The position numbers and the translations under genes are program-made. This document shows, piece by piece, positions 46,764 through 59,409 of a stretch of 64,000 nt of DNA (position 1 is its first letter; each line of letters opens with the position of its first letter). Under the pieces are notes generated by a model. It was not told the DNA's origin, did no database searches, and saw only the letters and a program-made list of their open reading frames with translations. Source of the DNA: Takakia lepidozioides (taxonomy: Eukaryota > Plantae > Bryophyta); NCBI GenBank assembly GCA_030704615.1, contig CM060732.1, positions 17,174,001 to 17,238,000 of the forward strand. Reading direction: 5' to 3'.

Positions 46764-47913
46764 CTATTTAGAGCTAGAGGGGCGACGTTCGTGCTCCCGG
46801 ACAATTACCCTCCCATCTCGGTACACGGCATAGTGCCCTTGAGCTCGAGCTTGCTTAACCTGCAAAAGTTGCGCCCGCATGGCGTTGTATTGCAAAGGGG
46901 TCAAGTCATCGTTGAGGTACATACCCTGACCTCTCAATTGAGCCCTCTGCCTGAGGACTGTATCCCGAGCACCCTTGTCCTTGAATCTAATGAAGAGGAC
47001 TTTGTGCTCTGAAGATCCTGCACGCCAAGCCCTTTCAATGCCACTCGCGCCCCGTGGGAGAGCAAGGTTTTGCTGAATAAGGCTGGTGGCAGCGTCAAGA
47101 GGGTCCCCCTCAGCAAGGCCCTCTAGCTTCCCAGTGACCCTGATGTTAAGGGCTTTGAAAGCCCGTTGCTGTTCCTCTCGCAAGGTAGCCGAGACTGTCT
47201 CCTCCAGAGAGTGAGGACTGTTGTTGGATGTGCCCCCCTTAACTATATTAGCCCAGGAGGAGGCCTCTGCCTTGTGAGCTTGGAGCTCCCGAACCATTGT
47301 AGACGTCGCAGTTCTGTGTGTTTCCAGCTCTTTGCTAAGGGATTCCACCTGCAGGTGGATGCTTGCTGTGAGGGGATCTGGGAGGCTCTTCTCTGTGAAG
47401 GTCTTCACTTCGCCTTCAAGTTTGAAAGATGCGTATGTGTGGATTTGTCATTGAGATGTTTCGCCATACCTTGAAGTTTGCTAGTGCACTCCTGAAGAGA
47501 GGCCCGCAAAACGCTATCCTGAACTCGCATATTGTTCTCCAAGTCTGTGTATCTGTCTGTCATGCGTTTCTGCCAATCTTTGTCCAAGGAATCCATGCGC
47601 TTTCCCAATTTTTGTTAAGGGAAGCCATCCGCGTCTCCCAGTCTTTGTCTAGGGAAGCCAACCGCTCCTCCGAGTCATTGTCACGGGCGGCGAGCACTTG
47701 CTGCAGAGTCTCCTTCGAGATGCATTTCGTTTGTAAGATGGAGATTTGGTCCCGAAGCGTTTGAACATCAGCACTCCTTGTGGAGTACTGACGCAAAGGA
47801 GAGGCTTGATGAGAGACAGGGGCAGGAAGAAGAAGCAGAGGGGAATCAGGTCGACGTGAGGGAGACGGGTAGTCTACCTCGTCGGCAGCCGTCCTTTGGC
47901 GTTTGGACGTCAT
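46764..47913 (-). pseudogene. LINE ORF1 (coiled-coil + RRM/CTD-like), two frameshifts
   Basis: Heptad-like DKDWETRMASL repeats; ALNIRVTG; IERAWRAG; LFIRF; MYLNDDLTP. Confidence 0.8.
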
Positions 47914-48039
47914 GGTGTGGTGGAGATGGCGCTAGCGCGCCAACGCCCGTGAGCGCAGCGCCGACGTGCTGCCGCGCGCGCGCGCGCGAGAGAGAAACGA
48001 GAGAGAAAGAAATGAGAGAGACAGAAAACAAACAAACAA

Positions 48040-49140
48040 GGAACAAAAAATGAGAGAAAATAGGAAACCAGAGTCAGAGAAAAGAACTATTGTTCGAGTG
48101 ATTGTCTAAGGGTGAATGCCTCGTGCAGGTAGGCTGCCAAGCATTTCTGATCTTCATAGTGAAAGACTTCAGTGAGAGATTGGGTTCCACGGAATAGACA
48201 ATGGAATCTCCCACGGATCTCATAGTATAGAGGGCAATAGAAGAAGTGTTCTTCAGTTTCAATTTCCTGGTAGCGCCCTGTGCAAGCTGGACAGAGGCGG
48301 TCCTCCCGCTGTAGGTTTTCCCATCTGCCAGTCTCTATCCGTAGGTTGAGTCTCGATGCTGAGCCAAAAGCCCAGGCCCTCCTGAGGCCTAGTTTTTGGG
48401 CAAATCACACACAGCAGATTGATGCTTGTGTGAAGGGATTTCTAGAGGATATCTGGAAAACCCGGATTAATTCTATATATGATGGTAAGTCACACTACCA
48501 ACGTCAGCCCCTGATAGAGGTAGGTTCTGTCCCTTGGCGCGGGGTCAATGGCCACGAGGCTACGGCAAACAACGTCTTATGAGTACAATCTATCCGTAGG
48601 TTGTGGGAGCCCACCCTGAACCGCCCCAAAGCCCTCAGGAGAGAAGGAGATAAAGAGGCGGAAAGGTAATTGGGCCGCAAGATTCTATCCTCTCGGAGAA
48701 CCAAGAATGTTTCTCGATAGAAATGGAGCTTTGTTGTGAGGTTGGTTAACTTCCAAGTTCTCTCGACATGTAGCTCCATGAGCTCCTTTCTAATGAGTTG
48801 GTTGCGGGTCATGCTTGGATGTGATGTCCACCTCTTCTGGGTTCACTGGCAATAGTGAAGCAATAGACAGTCCATGGCGTTCAAAAAAGGTGTCCACACG
48901 AGCATACGAGGATTGTTTGAAACTTGCATTTTTGAGTCTAATAGATGTCACAAGGGACCTGGCCACAAGCCCCTTGGGAGGAAAGGCTTGTAACCTATGC
49001 AGGAAAATTGTAAGCCGGAAGAGGGCCTCAGGTTGAAATGGCACGCAGGCGAATTCTGCATCCAGTATGTGCGATGGAGTTGTGCCTCTGGTGCCAAGCA
49101 TTGCTTGGAGGAAAGATGACTGCAATGGTTCCAGACAAAG
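48040..49140 (-). mobile_element. LINE family A 3' fragment containing a nested family B tail (48349-48588, + strand, 15-bp TSD)
   Basis: ALGRFRVGSHNLRI; TSD tctatccgtaggttg at 48334-48348 and 48589-48603. Confidence 0.88.
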
Positions 49141-49379
49141 CATGATAGAGAAAGCATGAAACAAGAAAAACATAGGGGCTATCTACAAGCAGCCCAAAAA
49201 CGACTATTGTTCAAGGGATCATCTAAAAGTCAATGCCTCATGGAGATATGTTGCTAAGCATTTCTGATCCATGTAATGGAAGAAGACTGTGAGAGATTGG
49301 GTATCTCGGAATAGACAATAAAATCTCCGATGGATCTCATAGTAGAGAGGACAGTGAAGGAAGGAACGTTCTTCAGTTT

Positions 49380-52300
49380 CGATGTGTCTAGCGAAATCAG
49401 TTATGGTCATCATCTACTCAAATTTTGTGAGGTTCAAGGGTTTGTCATCTACAATGGCACTACCAACTACAAATCCTCCAGTCAGTTCACCTGCCACACG
49501 TACAAGGGACAGAGCGTGGTCAACTATCTCTTGGGGAGCCCCAACACAACTGATAGGGTTACCTCTTTTAACATTACGGATTCTGATCACTCTTGCCTTT
49601 CCTTTGCAGTTCCTTCCATCTTTTACCCTGTGAAAGACTCCTCCGCTTCTCTCTTTTCACACCCACGTATTCACTTTAATATTCCACTCACTTACACGAC
49701 GTCGAATATGAAACATGCCTAGCGTCAATCTCTCCTCCATCATCAATTTACCATCTACTAATGATAAGGCTTCCTATCTCACTTACGCTCTTTGGAACTC
49801 AACCCTGCGATCCTTCCTAGTCACCTTCCCATCTACCTCCTCACCTTTCTCCACTCATAGATATGCACCATTCTATGACGAAGAATGCAAAGTTGCTAGA
49901 CCTCACATCAAATCCCTGCTCTGTGATATCCATTCTTCTCTTCCAGCTCTCAAGCACTATAAGTCCCTCATTAGATCCAAAAAGAGAGCCTACAGTCTCA
50001 AGCTGCAATCTATTTTCCTTGCAAAGGTCAGGCCTTTTCCTTGTTTCTTTTGGTTCCTCCTAAAACCTCATAGAGACCCCCCCCCAGTCACTGACATTCA
50101 CGTCGAGCATGAGTATGCTCAGTCGTTGTATCACTCCCCAAGCCAATCTCCCTTTCCCATAACCTCCAAACCCCTACCTTTTTTTTCTTCACTACAGCCA
50201 ATATCAGCAAGGCAGTCAAGAAGTTTCGAAATGACAGGGCATTGGATATATCAGGGCTACAGAGTGAATTCATCAAGCACACGGCAACAACTTTGGCCCC
50301 ATTTATAGCACAAGTCTTCAATGAAGCAGTGCAACATGGCTTTCCGGCAAAGTGCATCATCCAACCCCTCTTCAAGAGCGCTGACAGAATTGCACCGACC
50401 AACTATCACACAATTATGGTGTCTTTGTTACTCACTAAACTATTTGGGGCAGTAGTGGCCATGGAACTGGATGACTGGGCTGAATCCTCTCACATGAGTC
50501 ATATGGGGCAAGCAGGTTTTTGTCGCAACTCTTGACCACATTTTCACTCTTCAGACTATGGTAGAATGTGTAAGCCATGACAAAAAAATGGTGTATGTTT
50601 GCTTTGTAGACTTTTGAAAGGTTTTTGATGCGGTTCCTCGAGACCTTCTTTTCCAGCGGCTCCATAGGTGGGAGTCCCTCTGGACATCCTTTATGCCATC
50701 TTTTCCATGTATGAGATTGTCACTGGCATGGTCAACGTCGCGGCCGAATTCTCAGCAGAGGTGCATAGCAACATTGGGGTCAAACAGGGCTGTCCCCTCT
50801 CACCTATCCTTTTCGGGATCTACATTAATGCTTGGTTACATCTCAAAAAACCATGGAGTTGGGGTGCCGTTGGATGGGGGACCAACACAATCAGATCTCC
50901 TCTACGCTGATGATGTTGCCCTCTTGGCACAATCTCCCGTCTACCTGCAACGCCATCTTCGCATCCTAGAAGAATTCTCCAAAGACTATGGGTTGTAAGT
51001 CAATCTTGGCAAAACTGAGATCATGGTTTTCAATGGCCAGGCGGACCGAAGATTCATCTTCAACCAATAGGAAATTGAGATTGTCAAATCATATGAATAC
51101 CTGGGTCTGGTTATCCACTCTCTCAAAATCCAGTTTGCATCAACTGCCCTGGACAGATTGACGAAGGGCAAGGCGGCCTCCATCCGCCATCAGGCCAAAT
51201 GCAAACAGATACATCTGTGCCACCCCCCAACTAAAAGGTGGCTATTTGACAGCGTTGTCACCCGTTGCGCCACGTATGGTTGTGAGTTCTGGGCACCTGG
51301 TGTCTCAGTTTCCTGGTGGGAAAAAAAATATGGAACCATTGCAGTCATCTTTTTTCTAAGCAATGCTTGGCGCCAAGAGTCACAACTCCATCTCACATCC
51401 TATGAGCAGAGTTTGCATGCGTGCCACTTCTAACCGAGGCCCTCTTCCAGCTTATAATTTTTCTAATAGGTTACAAGCACTTCCACCCAAGGAGCTCGTG
51501 GCAAGAGCCCTCGCAACATCTAGTAGGCAATAGCAGGTTTCAAGCACTCTTGGTATGCTCGAGTGTGCAGTTTTTTTCAAGGGCAATGGACTCTCTATTG
51601 CTTCACTATTAGAATCCAGAAGGGGTGGAAATCACATCCAAACAGGATCGCAACGGACTCCTTAGAGGGGAACTTATGGAACTACACGTCAGGAGAACTT
51701 GGAAGCTACCCAATCTCACAACAAGGCTCCATTTCTATCGAGAGACATTCTTGGTTCTCCGTGATGATAGAATCTTGTGGCCCAAGTACCCTTTGGCGCC
51801 TTTAGCTCATTCACTCCTGAGGGCATTGGGGCGGTCAGGATGGGCTCCCACAATCTACAGATAGAGACTGACAGATGGGAAAGCGTGCAACAGAGGACCG
51901 CATATGCCCAGCTTACACCGGACGCAACCAGGAAATTGAAACTGAATAACACTTCTTTTTTATTGCCCTCTATATTATGAGATCCGTGGGAGATTCCATT
52001 GTCTATTCCGTGGAACTCAATCTCTCACTGAAGTCTTCCACTATGAGGATCAGAAATGCTTGGTAGCTACCTTTAGACAATCCCTTGAGTAGTAGTTGCT
52101 TTTGGGCTGTTTTTTGGCTGTGATTTTGTTTCCTCTCTCTTGTTTTTTTTTCCATTTTGTCCCATAAGCTCTTTGAGCTTTCCGCGGACGTTGTAAAGTG
52201 CCATTTCATTTCAGTTCATTTCTCCCAGTAATTGCTTTTGGGCTATTTTTTGGCTCTGCTTTTGTTTCCTCTCTCTCTTGTTTTTCCATTTTGTCCCATA

Positions 52301-52390
52301 AGCTCTTTGAGCAGTCCACCGACGCTATAAAGTACCATTTCATTTCATTTCATTTCTCCCATAAGCTCTTTGAGGACGTTATAAGTACCA
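49380..52390 (+). mobile_element. Degenerate LINE family A ORF2 (EN end, RT, Zn finger) and tandem 3' tails
   Basis: TDSDHSC; QAGFC; FVDF*K.FDAVPR; GVKQGCPLSPILF; LLYADD; YLGL; GSHNL; (CATTT)n. Confidence 0.9.
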
Positions 52391-55300
52391 TTTTATTACT
52401 CTATGAGTAACTAAAGTGCATAGCACTTCAAATGCATGAGATACTCCATCGAGCAATGTTTGGGATTTCTTGACACGCTTTTCTGCTAGGTCCCATAGAC
52501 CATAGGCCTCATGTAGATACAGTGCATTTCTTCATCTCTTGGGGACAAAAATAGAGTTTTTTCTACCCTTTCTTTATAAAGTTTTAAACGCACGTTATAA
52601 AGTACCATTTGATTTCATTTCATTTCCTTCTTGTTTAGGTCCACTCAACCCAAAAGATCTCGAGAGTACAGAGGAATGTGATGTGCACAGATGTGTGTTG
52701 CCTGAGGATAGAGACTGCCAGGTGGGATAACCTGCAACGTGCTGGGAGCTTGTGCCCTGCTTGAGCTAGAGAAACATGTGGGAGATTGAGAGCGAAGTAC
52801 ATTTGTTCTTTCACTCCCATCTCTACTATGAAATCCGGGGCGCTACTACTCTCTACTCAAGAGAGTCAATCCCTCACAAATTGTTCCATCATGAGGATCA
52901 GAGAGGCCTAATGGCATATCCACATGAGGCTCTCCACCTTAGAGAATATCTCAAAGTTGAATGATTGTTTTTGGGTTGTTTCTTGGGGGCCCCACTATCC
53001 TATTTTTTTTGGTCCCATGAGCATCCTGTGAACGTTGCAAAATTGTTTCTTTGAAGTACCATTTCATTTCATTTCTTTTCTTTCTCCCTCTTTGGGGAAA
53101 GTAACATACCCAATACAATGTGTATGCCAGCCATGAGATTGACAGTAACTGGATGGCAATACCTGAGATGAGCTTATAAATGAAAATGCTTTAAAGAGTT
53201 ATGGGCAGGGTGCAAGTGAGAGAGCCTGGAAAACTGAAACATGTGAGATCCATGCTGATCGTACGTTGGACGCATGAAGCTTGTGAAGAAATGTTTGAAA
53301 CTGAGGCAGGATTCTCTCCGGCATTGTCTCAGGTGATGATTCGTGCTGAGCCAAAGTTAATAGAAATGGAGAGAGAAATGAACCAATTGAGGGAAACCAT
53401 GTCTATTGATCGACAGCAGATTTCCAACATCTCCAGAGAGCTAGCTATCTACTCTAAGAAATATGAGATTGCGGACATTCAGCTGAACGAGAAAGAGCTC
53501 CAGTGGTCTCGAATGAAGAGGTGTCGACTATGTCTTTGTGAAAAATCAACTCCCCGTTCACATGACCTATCAATCCGACAGGGCTTGATGATGCTATCGT
53601 CAAGTGGAATGACAGTACTGGAAGGCGACATTGGGAGGAGCCCGGAGGGCCTACTCAAAGCTGGCATTGCTGGCCAAGTGCATGAGGAGGAAAAAGGTGA
53701 TGACATGTTATGATACCATTAGAATATGTAATCTGTTTTCTAGCTACAATGTTTTGCTAAAACTATTCGCTGTTGAACCACATTATTTTGAATTCTCAGA
53801 GAACACAAGTGTGTGGCCTTTTGAGAAAAGTTCAGGAAGTCTACTCTCTTTTTCTGTGGATGTCTGTGGATGTGAGCCTTTGGCTTAGAACTATACCTAG
53901 CAGTCTAAGGAGTTACTCTGTCTCATGTTGTCTGTATGCTTGGACCATTTGTTTACTGGGTATCCAAATTAGATTTTGCACATGCTTACCGTGTATAGTG
54001 CATTGCTAATGAAGGTGATGGCCATGGAGGAGGAGAGAGAGCCAGTGACGGCAAGAAGATTGGAATTGGTGCCGATGGTTCTTCTGACCAAGCTAGCTCA
54101 GAGCCTGAAGGAGTCAAAGGAGAGACAACCGCAGGAGGTGGTCAGGAGGGTGCTACAGTTGGTGTGGAGATGGCTGCAGGAGGTGGGCAGGAGGGTACTG
54201 GTGGTGGTGGTGGGACAACTGTTGATTTGGGTACTGGCAAGGTGAAATCCTACAAGCCAGGAGAGATATCGCAAGGCTTTCTGCATGCGGATGGATTGCA
54301 CATGGATGTGGGAACACAGACGGATCCAGACACTAAGGGAAGAAGCCCCTTCTGGGAAATTCTGAAGAGACCAACATCTGCCCCGGGACGAATGATGACC
54401 GCAGCCATAGAAGAGTTTATATTGGCTAGTGGGGTAGTTCACAGGGACAGGCAAGAAGGGGAAGAGGGGGAGGAGGAAAGTGAAGGAAGGCCCGTTGGGA
54501 AAGATGGGAGCAAAGAGGGGAAGGCTGACACAGGGGGTGCTGATGAAGGGGAACAACTTGAGGACGACGTTAGGGGAGGAAAACGGAGGATATCCGTCAA
54601 GAGCCTAGCAGCAGATACTGTTGACATTCTTGAGCAAATTCCCGGACTGGAAGGTGTAATGGCAGACAAAATCCGAGGGTTAGTATCTCGGTTTCGTCAG
54701 TTACGGTGTGGAAGTACAGGAGAGGATGGAGAGGATGATGAAGATAGTTCTCAACATAGTTTAGAGAGCTCTGAAATGGGTGATCCGAAGGGTGGCTCTG
54801 AAGCTGATGGTGGTGGAGGATCTGGAAAGAGGGGGAGATCCAGGTAAAGATTACTTCCAATTGGCAGTCATTTGAGTACTTTGAGGATGTCCAAATATCT
54901 CAAATATATATATTTGAGACTAGGTGCCCAACGCAGGGGGGATACTAACTGAGATTGGAGTGTCAGCTTCAAATACCCAAACCTACAATGCCATCTAAAG
55001 TAGCTGCAATTTCAATCTGCCAATGTTGGAAGGTGGTGACCTATCAACTGGATATGCAAGCCCTAATGTATGAGCTTGGCAAGACATGTCATACCACTGC
55101 AAGAGCTACCCAAGTAAAATCCAAACCACTTGATGGATAGACCCATGTACTGCATTGTCGCAGTCCGATAAGGGGAAAGGAGATCCCCAAAGATGTTAGT
55201 GCTAGATAACACCTCCCTCATGCAGTTTTTGTGTGAGCTCTTTCAGGGGTTGGAGTAAATTGAAGAGGGGGTTGGAAGAGAGCAAACAACGTCAAACCAA

Positions 55301-56639
55301 GTTCTTTTTTATTGCCAAGGAGTTACTATCACGACAGTCAAAAGGCATACCACCCAAAGTGTATGGATCCATCTCCCCTTTTGTTTTGTTTTGCCAGACG
55401 CTCTTTGAGGTTCCTGTGAATGTTTTATGAAGTTCCTTCCTTTCTTCTAGAGCTTTCTTGGTCGTTATAAAGTATTTCGTCTCATTCCCTTTCTTTTGGA
55501 GAAGACAGATGGACAATTAAGACTGAAGAACATCTCTTCTTTCAACGTCCTCTCTCCTAAGCTATCTAGGGGTCAATACTATTGCCCATTCCAGGACAAT
55601 CAATACCTTGCAGAGGTCTTTCATTACAAGCACCAGTAAGGCCTGCAGCATACCGACATGAGGCTCTCCACCTTAGAGAATCTCTGATGTCGACCAGTGG
55701 TTGCTTTTGGGCTGCTTGTTGAGGGCCCTACTTCTTTCTTTCTGCTGTCATTCTTTCTTGTGTCCCAGAAGCTCTTTGAGCTTTCCGCAAACGTTACAAA
55801 GTTACTTTCATTCATTTCATTTCTATTCTGATGACCACGTCCCTGGTAGGGTGTTGGATTGCACGTTTGGTTAGATGTGGTTTGCATGTGTCCCTCGCCT
55901 ACTTCACAATCATATCATTACTAAATGGTTTATTTATAAGCCAGGGAAATATTGACGTTTTCCGTAGGTCTTGAAGGCAGTACTAGTGGAGAATTGTTTG
56001 TAAGCTGTTAGGTAGGCTGATGACAATGTATCACCTGAATAACTTTCGGTTCAGGACAAAGCCCAAAGACTTGCTGTTTGTCCCGTTGGGCTTTGGCAAG
56101 ATGATGAAGATCAGCCCGCCCCCCAAAATAATCAAGACCTTCAACGAGCACCAGGTTTGACCCCAGCTCCTCTGGTAGGTAATACTACTCTTCCAAATTC
56201 TGGAAAATATCAGAGCGTGAGAGCCCATAATCCCAGTAACAAGCTAATCGAACACCTAGGGTTGATTGGGTGCTGGAACTTCATTGTTACAATTGCTTGC
56301 CAATATCTTTACATCTTGGTTAGTTTTAGCCTCAGTCAGTGTTTGGCTTCAAAACCTGCACAAATTAAGCGAGTCCTTCAACTTAAGAGCAACAAAAGTC
56401 GCCTGTACATATCTTATGCTAATGTGTAAAGGACTGGAATAGGGGTTCCACCATAAATCAGATGTCTGCAGGACATTTGCTTACCTCCTGGGATTGTTGT
56501 CTTGATGTATTCTGAAACAGTGGTTGGTTTGTTCTACCCTGTCATTGGCCCTTGTGGTCATTATGACGTTTCTTTCTTTCTCGTCCCATAAGCTCTTTGA
56601 GCTTCCCGCAGATGTTATTAGTACCATTTCATTTCATTT

Positions 56640-58420
56640 CTCTTCCAAAAGGCTTTCGATTCAGTCCCTCAGGCCCTTCTTCTTGAAAGATAACTTACGA
56701 TAGAGGTCCCTCCGGACTTCAAATGGGCCATTTATCCATGTTCGGGACTTTCATTGGCATGGTCAAGATTGCAGGGAGTTCTCAGCAGAGGTGCACAACA
56801 GCATTGGGGTCAAACAGGGCTGCCCTCTCTCACTTACCCTATTTGGCATCTACATAGATGCTTTGGAAGGATATATTGGAAAGAATAATGGAGTGGGGGT
56901 GCTTTTGGCTGGCGGACTAACACAATCAGTACATCTCTACGCTGATGATGTTGTTCTACTGGCACAATCGTCCTACAACACCTTAGCATCCTAGAAGATT
57001 TCTCCAAAGGCTACATGTTGCATGTCAACCTAAGCAAAACTAAGATCATGGTTTTCAGTGGCCATGCAGATTGGAGATTCCTCTTCAACCAGCAAGAGCT
57101 TGATGTCACGAAATCACACCCATATCTGGGGCTGGTCATCCACTCACCCAAATTACAATTTGCATCGACTGCCATGGACAGATGGACAAAGGGCAAGGCT
57201 GCTGCCATATGCCTTCAGGCTAAATGCAAATAACTACACCTGCACCAACCCCCCACCAAAAAGTGGCTCTTCGACTCGGTTGTCACCCCTGCCGCAACTT
57301 ATGGATGTGAAATCTGGGCACTTGATGTCCCAGTTTCCTAGTGGGCAAAAAATCTTGAACCGCTGCAATCGTCTTTCCTCCAAGGAATGCTCGGAGCTAG
57401 AGGGACAACACCATCACAAATTCTATGTGCGTATATTACATGCATCCCACTTCAAACTGAGGCCATCTTCCGGCTTACGATCTGTCTTACAAGGTTATAA
57501 GCTCTTCCACTCAAAGGGTTGACAGCCTGGGCATCTATCAGGCTCAAACAGCTGGTTTCAAGCACTCTTGGTATGCTCAGGTGTCCAGCGTTTTAGAGCG
57601 CAATGGAGTTTCCCTACGGCCACAAAATATGGGGTGTCCAAACAGGACTGCAATAGATGCATCAGAAGAGAACTTATGGAACTGCACATCAGGCGGACAT
57701 GGAAACCAGCCATTCTAACAACAAAACTGCACTTCTAGTGGGAGACATTCTTGGTGACGAGAGGATTTTGCGGCCTAATTATCTGTCTGCAGCTCTATCT
57801 CCCTCCCCCTCTTCTGAGGCATTGGGGAGGTTCAGGGTTTATTCCCACAGCCTGGAGAGAGAGACTAGTAGGTGGGAAAATCTGCAATGTGACGATCGTC
57901 TATGCCCCGCTTGCGCTGGGAACTACAAGGAAATGGAAAGTGAAGAACATTTCTTCTTTCACTGCCCTTTATACCATGAGATCCATGGAGATTCAATTCC
58001 ATTATGAGGATCAGAAATGTTAGGCAGCTTACTTGCATCAAGTGTTGACTCTTAGACAATCCCTTGAGCTTTAGTTGCTTTTGGTTGTTTGTGAAAGTGA
58101 AGGACATTCTTTCTTTCCCTGCCTTTTATACTACGAGATCCGTGGGAGATTCAACTGTCTATTCCAGGATAATCAATCGCTCACAGAGGCCTTCCATTAC
58201 GGCAGCTTACCTGCACGAAGCGTTGACCCTTAGACAATTCCTTGAGCTGTAGTTACTTTAGGGCTGTTTGTGGCCCCTCTCTCTTTCTTGTTTCTTTCTT
58301 CCTCTCGTCCCATAAGCTCTATGAGCTTCTTGCGGACGTTATAAAGTACCATTTCATTTCTTCCAAAAGCTCTTTGAGCTTCCCCTGGATGTTATAAAGT
58401 ACCATTTCATTTCTCTTTCT
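56640..58420 (+). mobile_element. Degenerate LINE family A RT-to-tail fragment
   Basis: KAFDSV; GVKQGCPLSLTLF; HLYADD; VNLSKTKIMVF; DRLCPAC..EEHFFFHCPLY. Confidence 0.88.
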
Positions 58421-58464
58421 TTCTTAAAGTTGAAATGAAATGAAATGTTAAATAATGCTAACAA

Positions 58465-59214
58465 AGCTCCGGCCACACCTCGAGTTAGGAAAAATGTTAA
58501 GACCAGAGTTAACACCAAGTTACCCGCACGTCCTACGAAACCCTAATTTAGCTGTACTTTAACATTGAGTTATCATTCATGTAAACTCCTTCCCGTTCAC
58601 ACTTGAGCGTTGGTGGTACGTGGCTCTCCATGGTGGCCCTACCATCATGTCTACTCATTCACACCTGGTGTGATGGCGGCGGGATGGCAACTCAGTGTTA
58701 CGCCGTCTCTCCTGTTCCCATCTGGTCCTCTACCTCGCTCTTCCAGCGTTGTTTCTTTGTTTGTTTTTGCTCTCTGGATGCTCTCATTTCGCTAGCTGTT
58801 CTTGCATAGAAATGGATACGCCTCCATCGCCTCCATGGTAGGATTGTACCATGTAGAGCATAGACAGCGTAGTAGAGCGAAGGTGATGCGGGGGGTGACG
58901 AAGGAGGTCCGGGTGATCAAGGGGGAACTTAGGGGAACTTAGGGGAACATAAGGGAATGCCAAAAGGGGGGAAACGTAGGGAATGCTACATAACACCATG
59001 TTATTTGGCCTGTTTCTGTGGTGATAGCTTAACACTGTCATTTCAATGTATATGAAATAAATACTTAACATTGAGTGTTAATTATCATTTTCCTAACATC
59101 AACTTGTCTCCGCCCCAATCTGATGTTAGCTACCACCGGCAGGTGTGGATCCAGAGCGAAATTTTTTTTTTATAACTTCCTTTTAATATTGAGTTAACTC
59201 CTGTGGCCGGAGCC
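58465..59214. mobile_element. MITE-like element, probably PIF/Harbinger type
   Basis: Perfect 12-bp TIR gctccggccaca (58466-58477) / tgtggccggagc (59202-59213); 3-bp flanks CAA/CAA; no coding capacity. Confidence 0.7.
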
Positions 59215-59409
59215 CAACCAGGATATGTATTCCAGTGCCACCTATGTAGTCCTACTTAGCAAAAATGGTGTGATTACACTGCCGATCACACTCTAGGACG
59301 AGAGAAAATTTATTATGTCCATAGGAAGCACAAGGCTTATGGGACGAGTGTCACATGCAGGTAAATGTGAACACTTGTAGTCCTCATAGCTCAAGGCCTC
59401 TAACAAGGT

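Larger units (their letters stand above)
45617..47990 (-). mobile_element. LINE family A (RTEX-like) copy with 5' end, ORF1 and endonuclease, RT deleted, joined to duplicated (CATTT)n tails
   Basis: ORF1 pieces 47560-47913, 47405-47608, 46764-47408; EN 45723-46760; tail aaatgaaatg at 45617-45720. Confidence 0.85.
32499..54847 (+). pseudogene. Large multi-exon gene with an axonemal dynein light chain (p28/AXDND1-like) domain and coiled-coil; LINE-filled introns; possibly pseudogenised; true ends uncertain
   Basis: Exon ~37020-37171 PGKREDVQLLGEWL..SIAFLEVVRQ spliced to 37630-37704 VRLQCEERGDMLLHVWRQ (cf. ELIRQV..C.ERG.LL); other exon-like segments 32499-32972, 33600-34080, 34705-35046, 35194-35383, 38437-38546, 42159-42264 (two stops), 53333-53697, 54015-54843. 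Confidence 0.6.
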
